Shown here in pieces: positions 18,253-27,103 of a stretch of 64,000 nucleotides of DNA. Numbering within the stretch: the first letter of the stretch is position 1; every line of letters begins with the position of its first letter. Origin of the DNA: Bacteroidota bacterium (GTDB lineage Bacteria > Bacteroidota > Bacteroidia > Bacteroidales > JAHJDW01); assembly GCA_043800975.1 (NCBI GenBank), contig JAZDMK010000006.1:4678-68677 (forward strand). The letters are read 5' to 3'. The position numbers were made by a program, and so were the translations under genes. The notes beneath the pieces were generated by a model. That model was not told where the DNA came from, did no database searches, and saw only the letters and a program-made list of their open reading frames with translations.

Positions 18253-20036
18253 AACCTTTTAAAAAATCATTTGATAAGTTACTTGAACGATTCTTATACT
18301 GGCGTATTGGCAGGATTAGCGATCGTACATTTTTATTTCTGACTAGTATCGTTATTGGTGTTGTCGCCGGCCTGTTTGCTGTTTTACTAAAAGTTATGGT
18401 AAAATGGACAGAACATGGACTGTTGTATTATTTTAATTTGAAAAATGAAAATTACTTTTTCTTTCTCTATCCTTTAATAGGAATTTTTCTTTCATGGCTC
18501 TTCATTAAGCTGGTTTTACAGGGCAATTTGCAGAAAGGAATCAGTAATATTCTTTACATTATTTCCAAGAAGAAATCAAATGTAGAACTGTATCATACGT
18601 ATTCGCATTTACCCACCAGTGCTGTTACAGTTGCATTCGGTGGATCTGTTGGATTGGAGGCACCCATCGTTGCTACAGGCTCTGCACTGGGATCCAATAT
18701 TGCCAGGAAATTACGTTTTGGTTATAAAGAGAGAACACTATTGTTGGCTTGTGGTGCGGCTTCCGGTATTGCTGCAGTTTTTAATTCGCCGATTGCGGGA
18801 GTACTTTTTGCTTTTGAAGTATTGCTTGTCGAGTTTACAATTCCGGCATTTATTCCTTTGCTCATCGCTGCTGCATCTGCTGCTGTTGTTTCAAAAATTC
18901 TTTACAGCGGACAAATATTTTATCTCATTACCGGAGGCTGGGTTGTTGAGGCAATACCCTTTTATATTTTGCTGGGTGTATTGTGCGGACTCGTGTCAGC
19001 CTACTACATAAGAATGAACACTTATGTTGAAATGGCGTTTCATCATGTTCCGCCTATACGCAAAATAATTACTGGCGGGTTGATTCTTGGCGTATTGTTG
19101 TTTTTTCTTCCACCACTCTATGGTGAAGGTTATCAAACAATAGAAGGATTGCTTGCGGGCAACGGAAAACTTTTGCTTGTTAATTCTCCATTCGCTGATT
19201 TTAGGATGGATCCCTGGTTTTTACTTTTATTTGTTGGTGTTATTATTATTGTGAAAATCTTTGCAACAGCAATCACAATCAGTGCGGGTGGTAACGGAGG
19301 AATCTTTGCACCTACACTGTTTGCCGGTGCGCTTACCGGATTTTTCTTTGTGCTGCTTTTTAGATTATTGGGAATCGACGATCTGAATACATCCAACTTT
19401 ATTGTTGTTGGAATGGCCGGAATATTAAGCGGAGTTATCCATGTACCCCTGACAGCCATCTTTCTCATTGCCGAAATAACAGGCGGCTACGTGCTCTTCG
19501 TTCCTCTTATGATTGTTTCAGCGATGTCCTTTTTTATTGCACGTTATTTTGAACCCCATTCTGTATATACAAAAAGCCTTGCACGTCGCGGGTTTTTAAT
19601 TACATCCGACAGAGATCAAACGGTACTGTCACTTCTCGAGCTGTCAACCTTAATTGAAAGAGATTTTTCAACCGTCCCTGTTGACGGTACATTGAGCGAT
19701 CTGGTAAAAGTAATTGCCAAATCAAGAAGAAATATTTATCCGGTTGTTGATACAGAAGGACATCTGGAGGGCTTGATAAACCTTGGACAGGTGAAGCCGG
19801 TGATGTTTAAGGAAGATTTGTATCATACACTTCCTGTTCGAAGTCTTATGGTAAAACCCATGGCAATTGTAGATGTTAATGAAGAGATGCGCGTAGTAAT
19901 GACCATGTTTGAAAAATTTGATCAGCCATCCTTTCCTGTAACAGAAGGAGGAAAATACATCGGATTTATTTCAAAATCCCTTCTTTTCGACCATTACCGA
20001 AGCATGATGAAAAAACAGGCACGAGAGTTTGTTTGA
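18249..20036 (+). CDS. ClC-family chloride/proton channel with C-terminal CBS pair
   Basis: GGSVGLEAP, GIFAPTLF motifs, ~10 TM segments, CBS-like tail; ATG 18249 overlaps the upstream TGA (ATGA). Confidence 0.85.
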   Translation: MKPFKKSFDKLLERFLYWRIGRISDRTFLFLTSIVIGVVAGLFAVLLKVMVKWTEHGLLYYFNLKNENYFFFLYPLIGIFLSWLFIKLVLQGNLQKGISNILYIISKKKSNVELYHTYSHLPTSAVTVAFGGSVGLEAPIVATGSALGSNIARKLRFGYKERTLLLACGAASGIAAVFNSPIAGVLFAFEVLLVEFTIPAFIPLLIAAASAAVVSKILYSGQIFYLITGGWVVEAIPFYILLGVLCGLVSAYYIRMNTYVEMAFHHVPPIRKIITGGLILGVLLFFLPPLYGEGYQTIEGLLAGNGKLLLVNSPFADFRMDPWFLLLFVGVIIIVKIFATAITISAGGNGGIFAPTLFAGALTGFFFVLLFRLLGIDDLNTSNFIVVGMAGILSGVIHVPLTAIFLIAEITGGYVLFVPLMIVSAMSFFIARYFEPHSVYTKSLARRGFLITSDRDQTVLSLLELSTLIERDFSTVPVDGTLSDLVKVIAKSRRNIYPVVDTEGHLEGLINLGQVKPVMFKEDLYHTLPVRSLMVKPMAIVDVNEEMRVVMTMFEKFDQPSFPVTEGGKYIGFISKSLLFDHYRSMMKKQAREFV

Positions 20037-20054
20037 TGAATCGGAAAACAGTTT

Positions 20055-20062
20055 TATATTTG
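20055..20062 (+). promoter_or_regulatory. candidate -7 promoter box (TAnnTTTG)
   Basis: TATATTTG lies 25 nt upstream of ATG 20087. Confidence 0.45.
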
Positions 20063-20086
20063 CACGAATAACTAAATTTTTAAATT

Positions 20087-21286
20087 ATGTCAAAAGTCCT
20101 GATTATTGGAGCGGGCGGCGTTGGTAGCGTTGTAGTAAACAAATGCGCACAAGTGCCAGAAGTTTTTACCGAAATAGTTTTAGCAAGCCGTACACTTTCC
20201 AAGTGCGATGCCATTGCAAATGAAATCGGTGGTAATAAAATTAAAACTGCAAAGGTAGACGCGGATAATGTTCCCGAGCTTGTCAAGCTGATTCAGGAAC
20301 ATAATCCTGCATTAGTCATTAACGTTGCATTGCCTTATCAGGATTTGACAATCATGGAAGCCTGTCTGCAAACAAAAGTGAACTATCTGGATACAGCCAA
20401 CTATGAACCCATTGATGAAGCAAAATTTGAATACAGCTGGCAATGGGCATTTCATGATCGTTTTAAAGAAGCTGGTTTGCTTGCAGTGTTGGGCTGTGGC
20501 TTCGATCCGGGAGTTACCAGTATTTTTACCGCGTATGCTAATAAGCATTACTTCGATGAAATTCATTATCTCGACATAGTGGATTGTAATGCCGGTGATC
20601 ATGGAAAATATTTCGCAACGAATTTTAATCCCGAAATCAATATTCGTGAGATTACTCAACATGGGCGCTATTGGGAAAATGGGAAATGGATTGAAACAAA
20701 ACCATTGGAAATTCATAAACCCATTGAATATCCAGGCATAGGTCCCAAGGAATCGTATCTTCTTTATCATGAAGAATTAGAATCGCTGGTTAAAAATTTC
20801 CCGACAATTAAACGTGCCCGCTTCTGGATGACCTTCGGGCAGCGCTATATCACTGCATTGGAAGTATTGCAGGAAACAGGTATGACTTCAATCAAACCGA
20901 TTAAATTTCAGGGAATCGACGTGGTTCCATTACAATTTCTGAAAGCTGTATTGCCAGAACCTTCATCACTTGGTGCTGGCTACAAAGGCGAAACCTCCAT
21001 CGGTTGTCAGATTCGCGGAATCAAAGACGGTAAAGAGAGAACTTACTTTGTGTGGAACAATTGCAACCATGCTGAAGTGTTTAAGGAAATTAAAGCACAG
21101 GCTGTATCATACACCACTGGCGTTCCTGCCATGATCGGTGCCATGATGATACTTACCGGAAAATGGGCAGGCAAAGGCGTTTTCAATGTAGAAGAATTCG
21201 ATCCGGATCCTTTCATGGAAAAACTGAATATTCACGGATTGCCTTGGCATGAAGAGGTTGATAAGGCTTTACCAGTTGAAAAATAG
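20087..21286 (+). CDS. carboxynorspermidine synthase/dehydrogenase (saccharopine dehydrogenase family)
   Basis: MSKVLIIGAGGVGSVV Rossmann start, 399 aa; partnered with a carboxynorspermidine decarboxylase downstream. Confidence 0.85.
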   Translation: MSKVLIIGAGGVGSVVVNKCAQVPEVFTEIVLASRTLSKCDAIANEIGGNKIKTAKVDADNVPELVKLIQEHNPALVINVALPYQDLTIMEACLQTKVNYLDTANYEPIDEAKFEYSWQWAFHDRFKEAGLLAVLGCGFDPGVTSIFTAYANKHYFDEIHYLDIVDCNAGDHGKYFATNFNPEINIREITQHGRYWENGKWIETKPLEIHKPIEYPGIGPKESYLLYHEELESLVKNFPTIKRARFWMTFGQRYITALEVLQETGMTSIKPIKFQGIDVVPLQFLKAVLPEPSSLGAGYKGETSIGCQIRGIKDGKERTYFVWNNCNHAEVFKEIKAQAVSYTTGVPAMIGAMMILTGKWAGKGVFNVEEFDPDPFMEKLNIHGLPWHEEVDKALPVEK

Positions 21287-21312
21287 TTATTAGTTATTAG
21301 TGATAAGTTATG
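21285..21312 (+). repeat. 4 x 7-mer tandem array AGTTATT AGTTATT AGTGATA AGTTATG (left arm)
   Basis: Read directly; the last unit contains the ATG of the four-helix-bundle ORF. Confidence 0.85.
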
Positions 21313-21681
21313 AGTGTTGGTGAGAAAACAATAAAAGAAAAAAGTTTTTTATTTGCTGTTCAAATCATCAAAGTATACAAGTTTCTTATCGAACAAAAAA
21401 AAGAATATGTTCTTAGTAAACAAATCTTAAAAAGTGGTACTTCAATTGGTGCAATGGCTAGAGAGGCACAAAATGCAGAAAGTACAGCTGATTTTATTCA
21501 TAAATTAGGAATTGCTCAAAAAGAATGTGATGAAACAATTTATTGGCTTGAGCTCTTAAAAGAAACAGAATATTTAAAATCTGAGGAATTTGAGATGTTG
21601 TTTTTCAAAGCAAATGAGTTATTAAAAATGATTCGTAGTGCAATAATAACTACTAAACAAAAGTTGCATAATAAATTATAA
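21310..21681 (+). CDS. four-helix-bundle protein (23S rRNA intervening-sequence protein family, TIGR02436-like)
   Basis: 123 aa; ..LSKQILKSGTSIGAMAREAQNAES..DFIHKLGIAQKECDETIYWLELL.. is the typical pattern. Confidence 0.85.
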   Translation: MSVGEKTIKEKSFLFAVQIIKVYKFLIEQKKEYVLSKQILKSGTSIGAMAREAQNAESTADFIHKLGIAQKECDETIYWLELLKETEYLKSEEFEMLFFKANELLKMIRSAIITTKQKLHNKL

Positions 21682-21704
21682 CTCATAATTCATAACTCAT
21701 AACT
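21677..21704 (+). repeat. 4 x 7-mer tandem array TATAACT CATAATT CATAACT CATAACT (right arm, inverted complement of the left arm)
   Basis: Read directly; the first unit contains the TAA stop of the four-helix-bundle ORF. Confidence 0.85.
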
Positions 21705-21708
21705 GAAT

Positions 21709-22860
21709 ATGGCTATTGATTTTAATAAGATTCCATCACCCTGTTACGTGCTCGATCAGGAGTCGCTGCGCATCAATCTGGAAATTTTAAATATGGTGCA
21801 AAAAGAAGCAGATGTAAAAATCATTTGTGCACTGAAAGGATTTGCCATGTGGAGTACGTTCCCCATGGTTCGCGAGTACTTGTCTGGTGCGGCCGCCAGC
21901 TCTCTCAACGAAGCTCAACTTGTGCTTGATGAAATGGGTTGCACAGCGCACACCTATGCTCCCGTATACTTGGATCATGAGTTTGAAGAGTTACTAGGAT
22001 ATAGTAGTCATATTACTTTCAACTCACTTTCTCAATGGGAAAAATTTCGTGATAGAGTAAAATTATTCACGCGACCAATAACCTGTGGATTGCGCATCAA
22101 TCCTGAATATTCAGAAGTAGAAACCGAATTGTATAACCCTGCTGTTGCAGGATCACGCCTTGGAATTCGTCCTGCACAAATGCCTGAGAAATTGCCCGAG
22201 GGAATTGAAGGGTTGCATTTTCATGTGTTGTGTGAAAATGATTCTTTTGTTTTGGAACGCACTTTACAAAAAGTAGAAGAAAAATTTTCTCATCTGATTA
22301 AGCAGGCGAAATGGCTCAACATGGGCGGCGGACACCACATCACACGCAAAGGGTATGATGTGGAACATCTGGTGAAAATGTTAAAGGAATTCAAGAATCG
22401 TTATCCAAATCTGGAAGAAGTAATTCTCGAACCCGGCGAAGCGATTGGCTGGCAAACAGGCTACCTGACTTCTACAGTGCAGGATATCGTAGAAAGTGAA
22501 GGAATCAAAGTGGCAATGCTTGATGTTTCTTTCACCTGCCACATGCCCGATTGCCTGGAAATGCCTTATAAGCCGACTATATTAAATGCAACGGATGCAG
22601 TGCCCGGAAAACCAACTTACAGAATGGGAGGCATGAGTTGTCTGGCCGGCGACTATATGGGCATGGGCGACTATAGTTTTGACAATGAATTAAAGCCCGG
22701 TGATCCGATTATTTTTGATGACATGATTCATTATACCATGGTGAAGACATCCACATTCAATGGTGTGAATTTGCCTGCCATTGGTATCTGGACGGAGTCG
22801 GATGAATTTATTTTACTGAAATATTTTGGTTACGAAGACTACCGCAACCGTTTGTCCTGA
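21709..22860 (+). CDS. nspC: carboxynorspermidine decarboxylase
   Basis: 383 aa, PLP-decarboxylase fold pattern (IPSPCYVLD.., NMGGGHH, EPGEA), downstream of the dehydrogenase. Confidence 0.85.
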   Translation: MAIDFNKIPSPCYVLDQESLRINLEILNMVQKEADVKIICALKGFAMWSTFPMVREYLSGAAASSLNEAQLVLDEMGCTAHTYAPVYLDHEFEELLGYSSHITFNSLSQWEKFRDRVKLFTRPITCGLRINPEYSEVETELYNPAVAGSRLGIRPAQMPEKLPEGIEGLHFHVLCENDSFVLERTLQKVEEKFSHLIKQAKWLNMGGGHHITRKGYDVEHLVKMLKEFKNRYPNLEEVILEPGEAIGWQTGYLTSTVQDIVESEGIKVAMLDVSFTCHMPDCLEMPYKPTILNATDAVPGKPTYRMGGMSCLAGDYMGMGDYSFDNELKPGDPIIFDDMIHYTMVKTSTFNGVNLPAIGIWTESDEFILLKYFGYEDYRNRLS

Positions 22861-23988
22861 TCACACTTCAACCGTTTTCAAGATCGCATTCCAAAGCCCT
22901 CTTGCGCTTTCGTCCCAGTTAAACAAAGGTCTGCGACCCCTTCCCCGTGCGATTAGTTCGTTTCTTAAAGCAGGATCAAATGCAATTTTTTTCATGGCGG
23001 CTGAAATACTATTGTAATCTGAAGGGTCTGTCAGCAATGCGGCATCGCCCGCCACTTCAGGCATAGAGGATGTGTTCGACGTGATAACAGGGACATCACA
23101 ACCAAAGGCTTCTACGATCGGAATGCCGAAGCCTTCATAAAAAGAAACATAGGTAAGCGCAAGTGCAGAACCAAGAACCTGATGCAGCTTCCGGGTTTCA
23201 AGCCTTCCGGTAAAAATCACATCATCTTTGAACTGCATCTCTTTCCAGATTTTTTCCAGATTAAAGTTGTTCCATAATTTGTCACCTACAATAACGAGTT
23301 TGATAGAACATTCGTTCTCCTTACGGAACTGGTCGTATGCACGAAATAAATTCGAAATGTTCTTTCTGGGATGCAGTGATCCAACGAAAATAAAAAAATC
23401 ATTTCCGGATGTAATTTCCTTTTTTATAAGATTCTTTTCGTCTTCGGTAAGTGACGTGTAACGTTCGTTAGCGCCATTGTATACAACATCAATTTTATCA
23501 GAATCAATTTTGTAAAGATCAATTAAATCTTTTTTGGTATGCTCAGAAACAGAAATGATACGCTTCGCTTTTTTTGCATACAAAGGAAAATACTTGCGAT
23601 AGAATCTTCTTGATACTGGCGGAATATCTTTAGGATTATGCTCGAAAGCAATATCATGAAATGTAATTAGCTGTGGAATATTTAAACGCAGTGAACCATA
23701 ACTGTCAGGTGAAACAAAAATATCGGCTTTGTATTTTTTCAAGAAGGAAACGATGGAATGCTCAAACCACCAGTACCACAATAAAGGATGCCGTGTCTGT
23801 GGGCCAAGAATAACGGGCGTTATATTATCTGAAAAAAGAAATTCATCATCATACTCACGATCGAATAGAAAAACAAATTCGTGCTCCGGATGACTTTTGG
23901 TAATACGCTTCAGCGTTTCATATTCCACCCAGCCGATACCTTCCAGCTTTCCTTTTAATAATAATCTTGTATTGACGGCTATTCGCAT
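22861..23988 (-). CDS. glycosyltransferase, GT4 (GT-B) family
   Basis: C-terminal E..FGIPIVEA..G.PVI.S motif; stop codon abuts the nspC stop (convergent, 0-nt spacer). Confidence 0.85.
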   Translation of the reverse strand: MRIAVNTRLLLKGKLEGIGWVEYETLKRITKSHPEHEFVFLFDREYDDEFLFSDNITPVILGPQTRHPLLWYWWFEHSIVSFLKKYKADIFVSPDSYGSLRLNIPQLITFHDIAFEHNPKDIPPVSRRFYRKYFPLYAKKAKRIISVSEHTKKDLIDLYKIDSDKIDVVYNGANERYTSLTEDEKNLIKKEITSGNDFFIFVGSLHPRKNISNLFRAYDQFRKENECSIKLVIVGDKLWNNFNLEKIWKEMQFKDDVIFTGRLETRKLHQVLGSALALTYVSFYEGFGIPIVEAFGCDVPVITSNTSSMPEVAGDAALLTDPSDYNSISAAMKKIAFDPALRNELIARGRGRRPLFNWDESARGLWNAILKTVEV

Positions 23989-24035
23989 TACATTTTCCTG
24001 TTGCGCAAACTTAAAGACTTTTTTAATATCGCTGA

Positions 24036-25802
24036 TTACTTTTTTACTTTTTTATCTTTATTGAAAAAGTAACTATGTTGTGCCTCTTTATCATTCTTAC
24101 TTCTGGCAACAAACACCGTCGTTCCTGTATAAGGATCCAGCCCGGTATAATACATGACAGAGGATAAAGTCATAGGCGTGGGCGTCAGCATCTGCACCTG
24201 CTCCAAATGGAAGCCCATCTTCCCGGTCTTCTCCGAAAGTGTTTTCATATCATTCGTATCACATCCTGGGTGGCAGGAAATGAAATACGGAATCACCTGC
24301 TGGTTCAATGCATTCGCAACGCACACTTCGTCAAAATGTTTTTTAAACAATACGAACTTTTCAAAATCGGTTTTGCGCATCAGTTTTAAAACCTTTGGTT
24401 CCGTATGTTCAGGCGCTACTTTTAATCTGCCGGAAACATGGTGAATGATCAGTTGCTTTGCATAAGCCGTTAATCCGAAACGCTGATTGACCGAGCTTTC
24501 AAACCCTGTAAACAAATCATAGCGAATCCCGCTTCCGATAAATACTTTCTTAATTCCCTTGATCTGACGCGCTTTCTCATATACGCCCATCAAAGGCTTG
24601 TGGTTGTGATCCAGATTGGCACATACCGATGGAAAAATGCACGAAGGTCGTTTGCATTTTTTACACTTTGTTTCTTCAATGCCTTTCATCCGGTACATAT
24701 TCGCAGTGGGTCCGCCCAGATCGCTCACGTATCCTTTGAAATCTTCCATCTGAACAACAGCCTCCAGCTCATTTAATATAGAAGATTCCGAGCGACTGGA
24801 AATAAATTTTCCCTGATGTGCTGAAATCGTACAAAAGCTGCAGCCCCCAAAGCAGCCACGATGCATCGTTACCGAATGCCGGATCATTTCATACGCGGGA
24901 ATCACACCTCTTTTTTTATAGCGTGGATGCGGAAGGCGTGTATAGGGTAGGTTAAAATAGGAGTCAAGTTCATTGGATTCAGCAACGGGAAGAGAAGGAT
25001 TCACAACAATTGTCTTTCCATGCATCAGTTGAATCATTCTTTTCTGATCCATCCGGTTTGACTCTTCTTCCACAGTACAAAACATTTTTGCAAAAACCTT
25101 TTTGTCTTTCACGCAGGCTTCATGCGAAGGAAGTGTAATGGCATTTTCATTTTCTTTTACAGAATTATTCTGAGAAATGAATGCAGTTTGAGGAATGAAA
25201 TCAAGCGATGAAACAGCCTTTCCGTTTTTTAATTCCTGTGCAATAGTTAGAATGGTTTTTTCTCCCATGCCGTACACAAGAAGATCGGCGGGACATTCAC
25301 ACAGTATTGAAGGTTTCAGTGTATCACTCCAGTAATCATAATGTGTGAACCTGCGCAGCGATGCTTCAATGCCACCAAGGATAACAGGAACATCCGGAAA
25401 TAGTTCTTTCAGAATTTTTGTATAAACATAGGTCGCATAATCCGGCCGGAAGCCTGATTTATCATCAGCTGTGTAAGCATCATCCGAGCGGAGGCGCTTG
25501 GCTGCGGTGTAATGATTCACCATCGAATCCATGCAGCCGGATGTGACACCAAAGAACAGACGCGGCTTTCCCAGCTTCTTAAAATCACGCAGATCATCCC
25601 GCCAGTTGGGCTGCGGAAGAATAGCAACTCTATATCCCGCATGCTCCAGCACACGCCCGATCACAGCAGTTCCGAATGAAGGATGATCCACATACGCATC
25701 ACCACTCACAAGAATAATATCTACATAATCCCAGCCCAGATCTAGCAGCTCGTCTTTTGAAACGGGCAGCCAGTCTTTGATGGTGAAGGGGGGCTTTTTC
25801 AT
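24036..25802 (-). CDS. ygiQ: YgiQ-family radical SAM protein (UPF0313)
   Basis: 588 aa; HRGCFGGCSFCTISAHQG cluster; N-terminal IILVSGDAYVDHPSFG. Confidence 0.88.
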   Translation of the reverse strand: MKKPPFTIKDWLPVSKDELLDLGWDYVDIILVSGDAYVDHPSFGTAVIGRVLEHAGYRVAILPQPNWRDDLRDFKKLGKPRLFFGVTSGCMDSMVNHYTAAKRLRSDDAYTADDKSGFRPDYATYVYTKILKELFPDVPVILGGIEASLRRFTHYDYWSDTLKPSILCECPADLLVYGMGEKTILTIAQELKNGKAVSSLDFIPQTAFISQNNSVKENENAITLPSHEACVKDKKVFAKMFCTVEEESNRMDQKRMIQLMHGKTIVVNPSLPVAESNELDSYFNLPYTRLPHPRYKKRGVIPAYEMIRHSVTMHRGCFGGCSFCTISAHQGKFISSRSESSILNELEAVVQMEDFKGYVSDLGGPTANMYRMKGIEETKCKKCKRPSCIFPSVCANLDHNHKPLMGVYEKARQIKGIKKVFIGSGIRYDLFTGFESSVNQRFGLTAYAKQLIIHHVSGRLKVAPEHTEPKVLKLMRKTDFEKFVLFKKHFDEVCVANALNQQVIPYFISCHPGCDTNDMKTLSEKTGKMGFHLEQVQMLTPTPMTLSSVMYYTGLDPYTGTTVFVARSKNDKEAQHSYFFNKDKKVKK

Positions 25803-25861
25803 AAATTCATGTCAGATGTGTGATGGAAAATGTAAAAATTCTTAACTCAACTGATTACTGA

Positions 25862-26311
25862 TTACTTTTTCCCTTTAAATCCGGCAGCATCAGTAAGCGT
25901 TAATTTAAACGCCCGTTTGCAGTTTCCATTCACCGGAGCATCGAAGCCGGTGAGTTTGCCCTGCACACACACTTCTTTTCCGGCATTTTCTTTTATGGTT
26001 TTAAACAGTGTTGCATTGTCAGTGGTTTCCACTTTCACTTCCACCATTTGCTTTCCGTCGGCACTCTTCACAAAAAATTTATCGTACGAATAGCTTACAT
26101 TCGTGAAAATATTGGCTTCATCCACCACGCCGCTTACCCACATCAGTTCATCCTCGCGTGCATGCTTCTGCCCGCAGGGAGCCTGAAAACTTTCATAAAA
26201 AGAAGAAACTGTATAGCAGCACTTCTCTTTGCTTTTGCAGTTTTTTTTCGAACCGCAGCATCCGCTGATGAGCGCGGTAATGATGATGGGCAGAAGGATG
26301 TGTTTTTTCAT
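25862..26311 (-). CDS. hypothetical Cys-rich lipoprotein
   Basis: MKKHILLPIIITALISGC lipobox; start trimmed to ATG 26311. Confidence 0.5.
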   Translation of the reverse strand: MKKHILLPIIITALISGCCGSKKNCKSKEKCCYTVSSFYESFQAPCGQKHAREDELMWVSGVVDEANIFTNVSYSYDKFFVKSADGKQMVEVKVETTDNATLFKTIKENAGKEVCVQGKLTGFDAPVNGNCKRAFKLTLTDAAGFKGKK

Positions 26312-26408
26312 AATAGAAATGATATAACTACAAAGATAGGAAAACAAAAGGATACAGTATTGGATAGTAAAATGATACTAATTAGGAAATGATTATGAAG
26401 AAGATTAA

Positions 26409-26813
26409 TTACTTAATCGGAATTTGTTTGACGGATCCTGAACAAACATCACCTTCTTTTATCCCATCAATCCATACCTGTAAAGTTTTTATCCGGGCTT
26501 CAGTAAGCTCTGTAAGATATTCTGACCAACACATGGGTTGAATACTTCCGTAATACGAAGGTCCTCTTTCGGGGAATTTCATTAGCATTTCCGCATCTCT
26601 GAATTGAATCCAGATTCTTTGCGATATCCTGAGGTTTTTAATAAAAGCAGTATCTTCTTTGTATTCCTTCAGAATTTCCTGATAGATATGATTAAGTTTT
26701 TTATCTGTTTTTAGATATTTTTGATTTGCAGCATCATTTAATTCAAGTTGCGTTTGCCCAAAAAGAAAGGATGTTGAACAAAACAATAATGCAATGATTA
26801 ATATTCTTTTCAT
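26409..26813 (-). CDS. lysozyme-inhibitor LprI-like (DUF1311) secreted protein
   Basis: Signal peptide, then ..KLNHIYQEILKEYK..SQRIWIQFRDAE.. Confidence 0.7.
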   Translation of the reverse strand: MKRILIIALLFCSTSFLFGQTQLELNDAANQKYLKTDKKLNHIYQEILKEYKEDTAFIKNLRISQRIWIQFRDAEMLMKFPERGPSYYGSIQPMCWSEYLTELTEARIKTLQVWIDGIKEGDVCSGSVKQIPIK

Positions 26814-26865
26814 TTGTTTTGAGAAATGTGATCAAACAAAAATACTACTTTTTCAATGATTTTAC

Positions 26866-26947
26866 CTTTGGTGCATTTTGGTGCCTTGGTGTCTTGGTGG
26901 CAAAGAATTTCCGCCACTAAAACACAAAAGCACAAAACCCCACTAAA
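26866..26947 (+). repeat. long imperfect hairpin built from degenerate TTGGTG repeats and their complement
   Basis: 5' arm CTTTGGTGCATTTTGGTGCCTTGGTGTCTTGGTGGC, 11-nt loop, 3' arm GCCACTAAAACACAAAAGCACAAAACCCCACTAAA; about 28 of 35 positions can pair, including G-U. Confidence 0.7.
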
Positions 26948-26948
26948 T

Positions 26949-26980
26949 TACGTTCGGCGTAGAATTCAGACTACGACGTA
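26949..26980 (+). other. second hairpin (5+5 bp with a 4-nt bulge)
   Basis: TACGT-TCGG-CGTAG-AATTCAGA-CTACG-ACGTA. Confidence 0.55.
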
Positions 26981-27084
26981 AATACAAAAGCTTTCCAAAA
27001 TATTATTTACCCTCACCGCGGGCCTTTCTACACGAAAGTGATCTTTCAAAATACATTTACAATAAGCATCAAATCTAATTTCTT

Positions 27085-27092
27085 TATCTTTG
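27085..27092 (+). promoter_or_regulatory. candidate -7 promoter box (TAnnTTTG)
   Basis: TATCTTTG lies 12 nt upstream of ATG 27104. Confidence 0.4.
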
Positions 27093-27103
27093 ATTACATT
27101 TTT

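Noticed and set aside
21310-21681. The four-helix-bundle protein as the Avd component of a diversity-generating retroelement
   Set aside because: No reverse transcriptase and no template/variable repeat pair are present anywhere in the window. The context is an insertion within a polyamine operon.
26866-27103. Cobalamin (or other) riboswitch upstream of the TonB-dependent receptor, suggested by GGTGCC and CCGCCACT strings
   Set aside because: Only fragments resembling a B12 box are present. The conserved core (GGGAA.., full B12 box, multi-stem junction) is absent, and the sequence is explained better as a simple repeat-derived hairpin.
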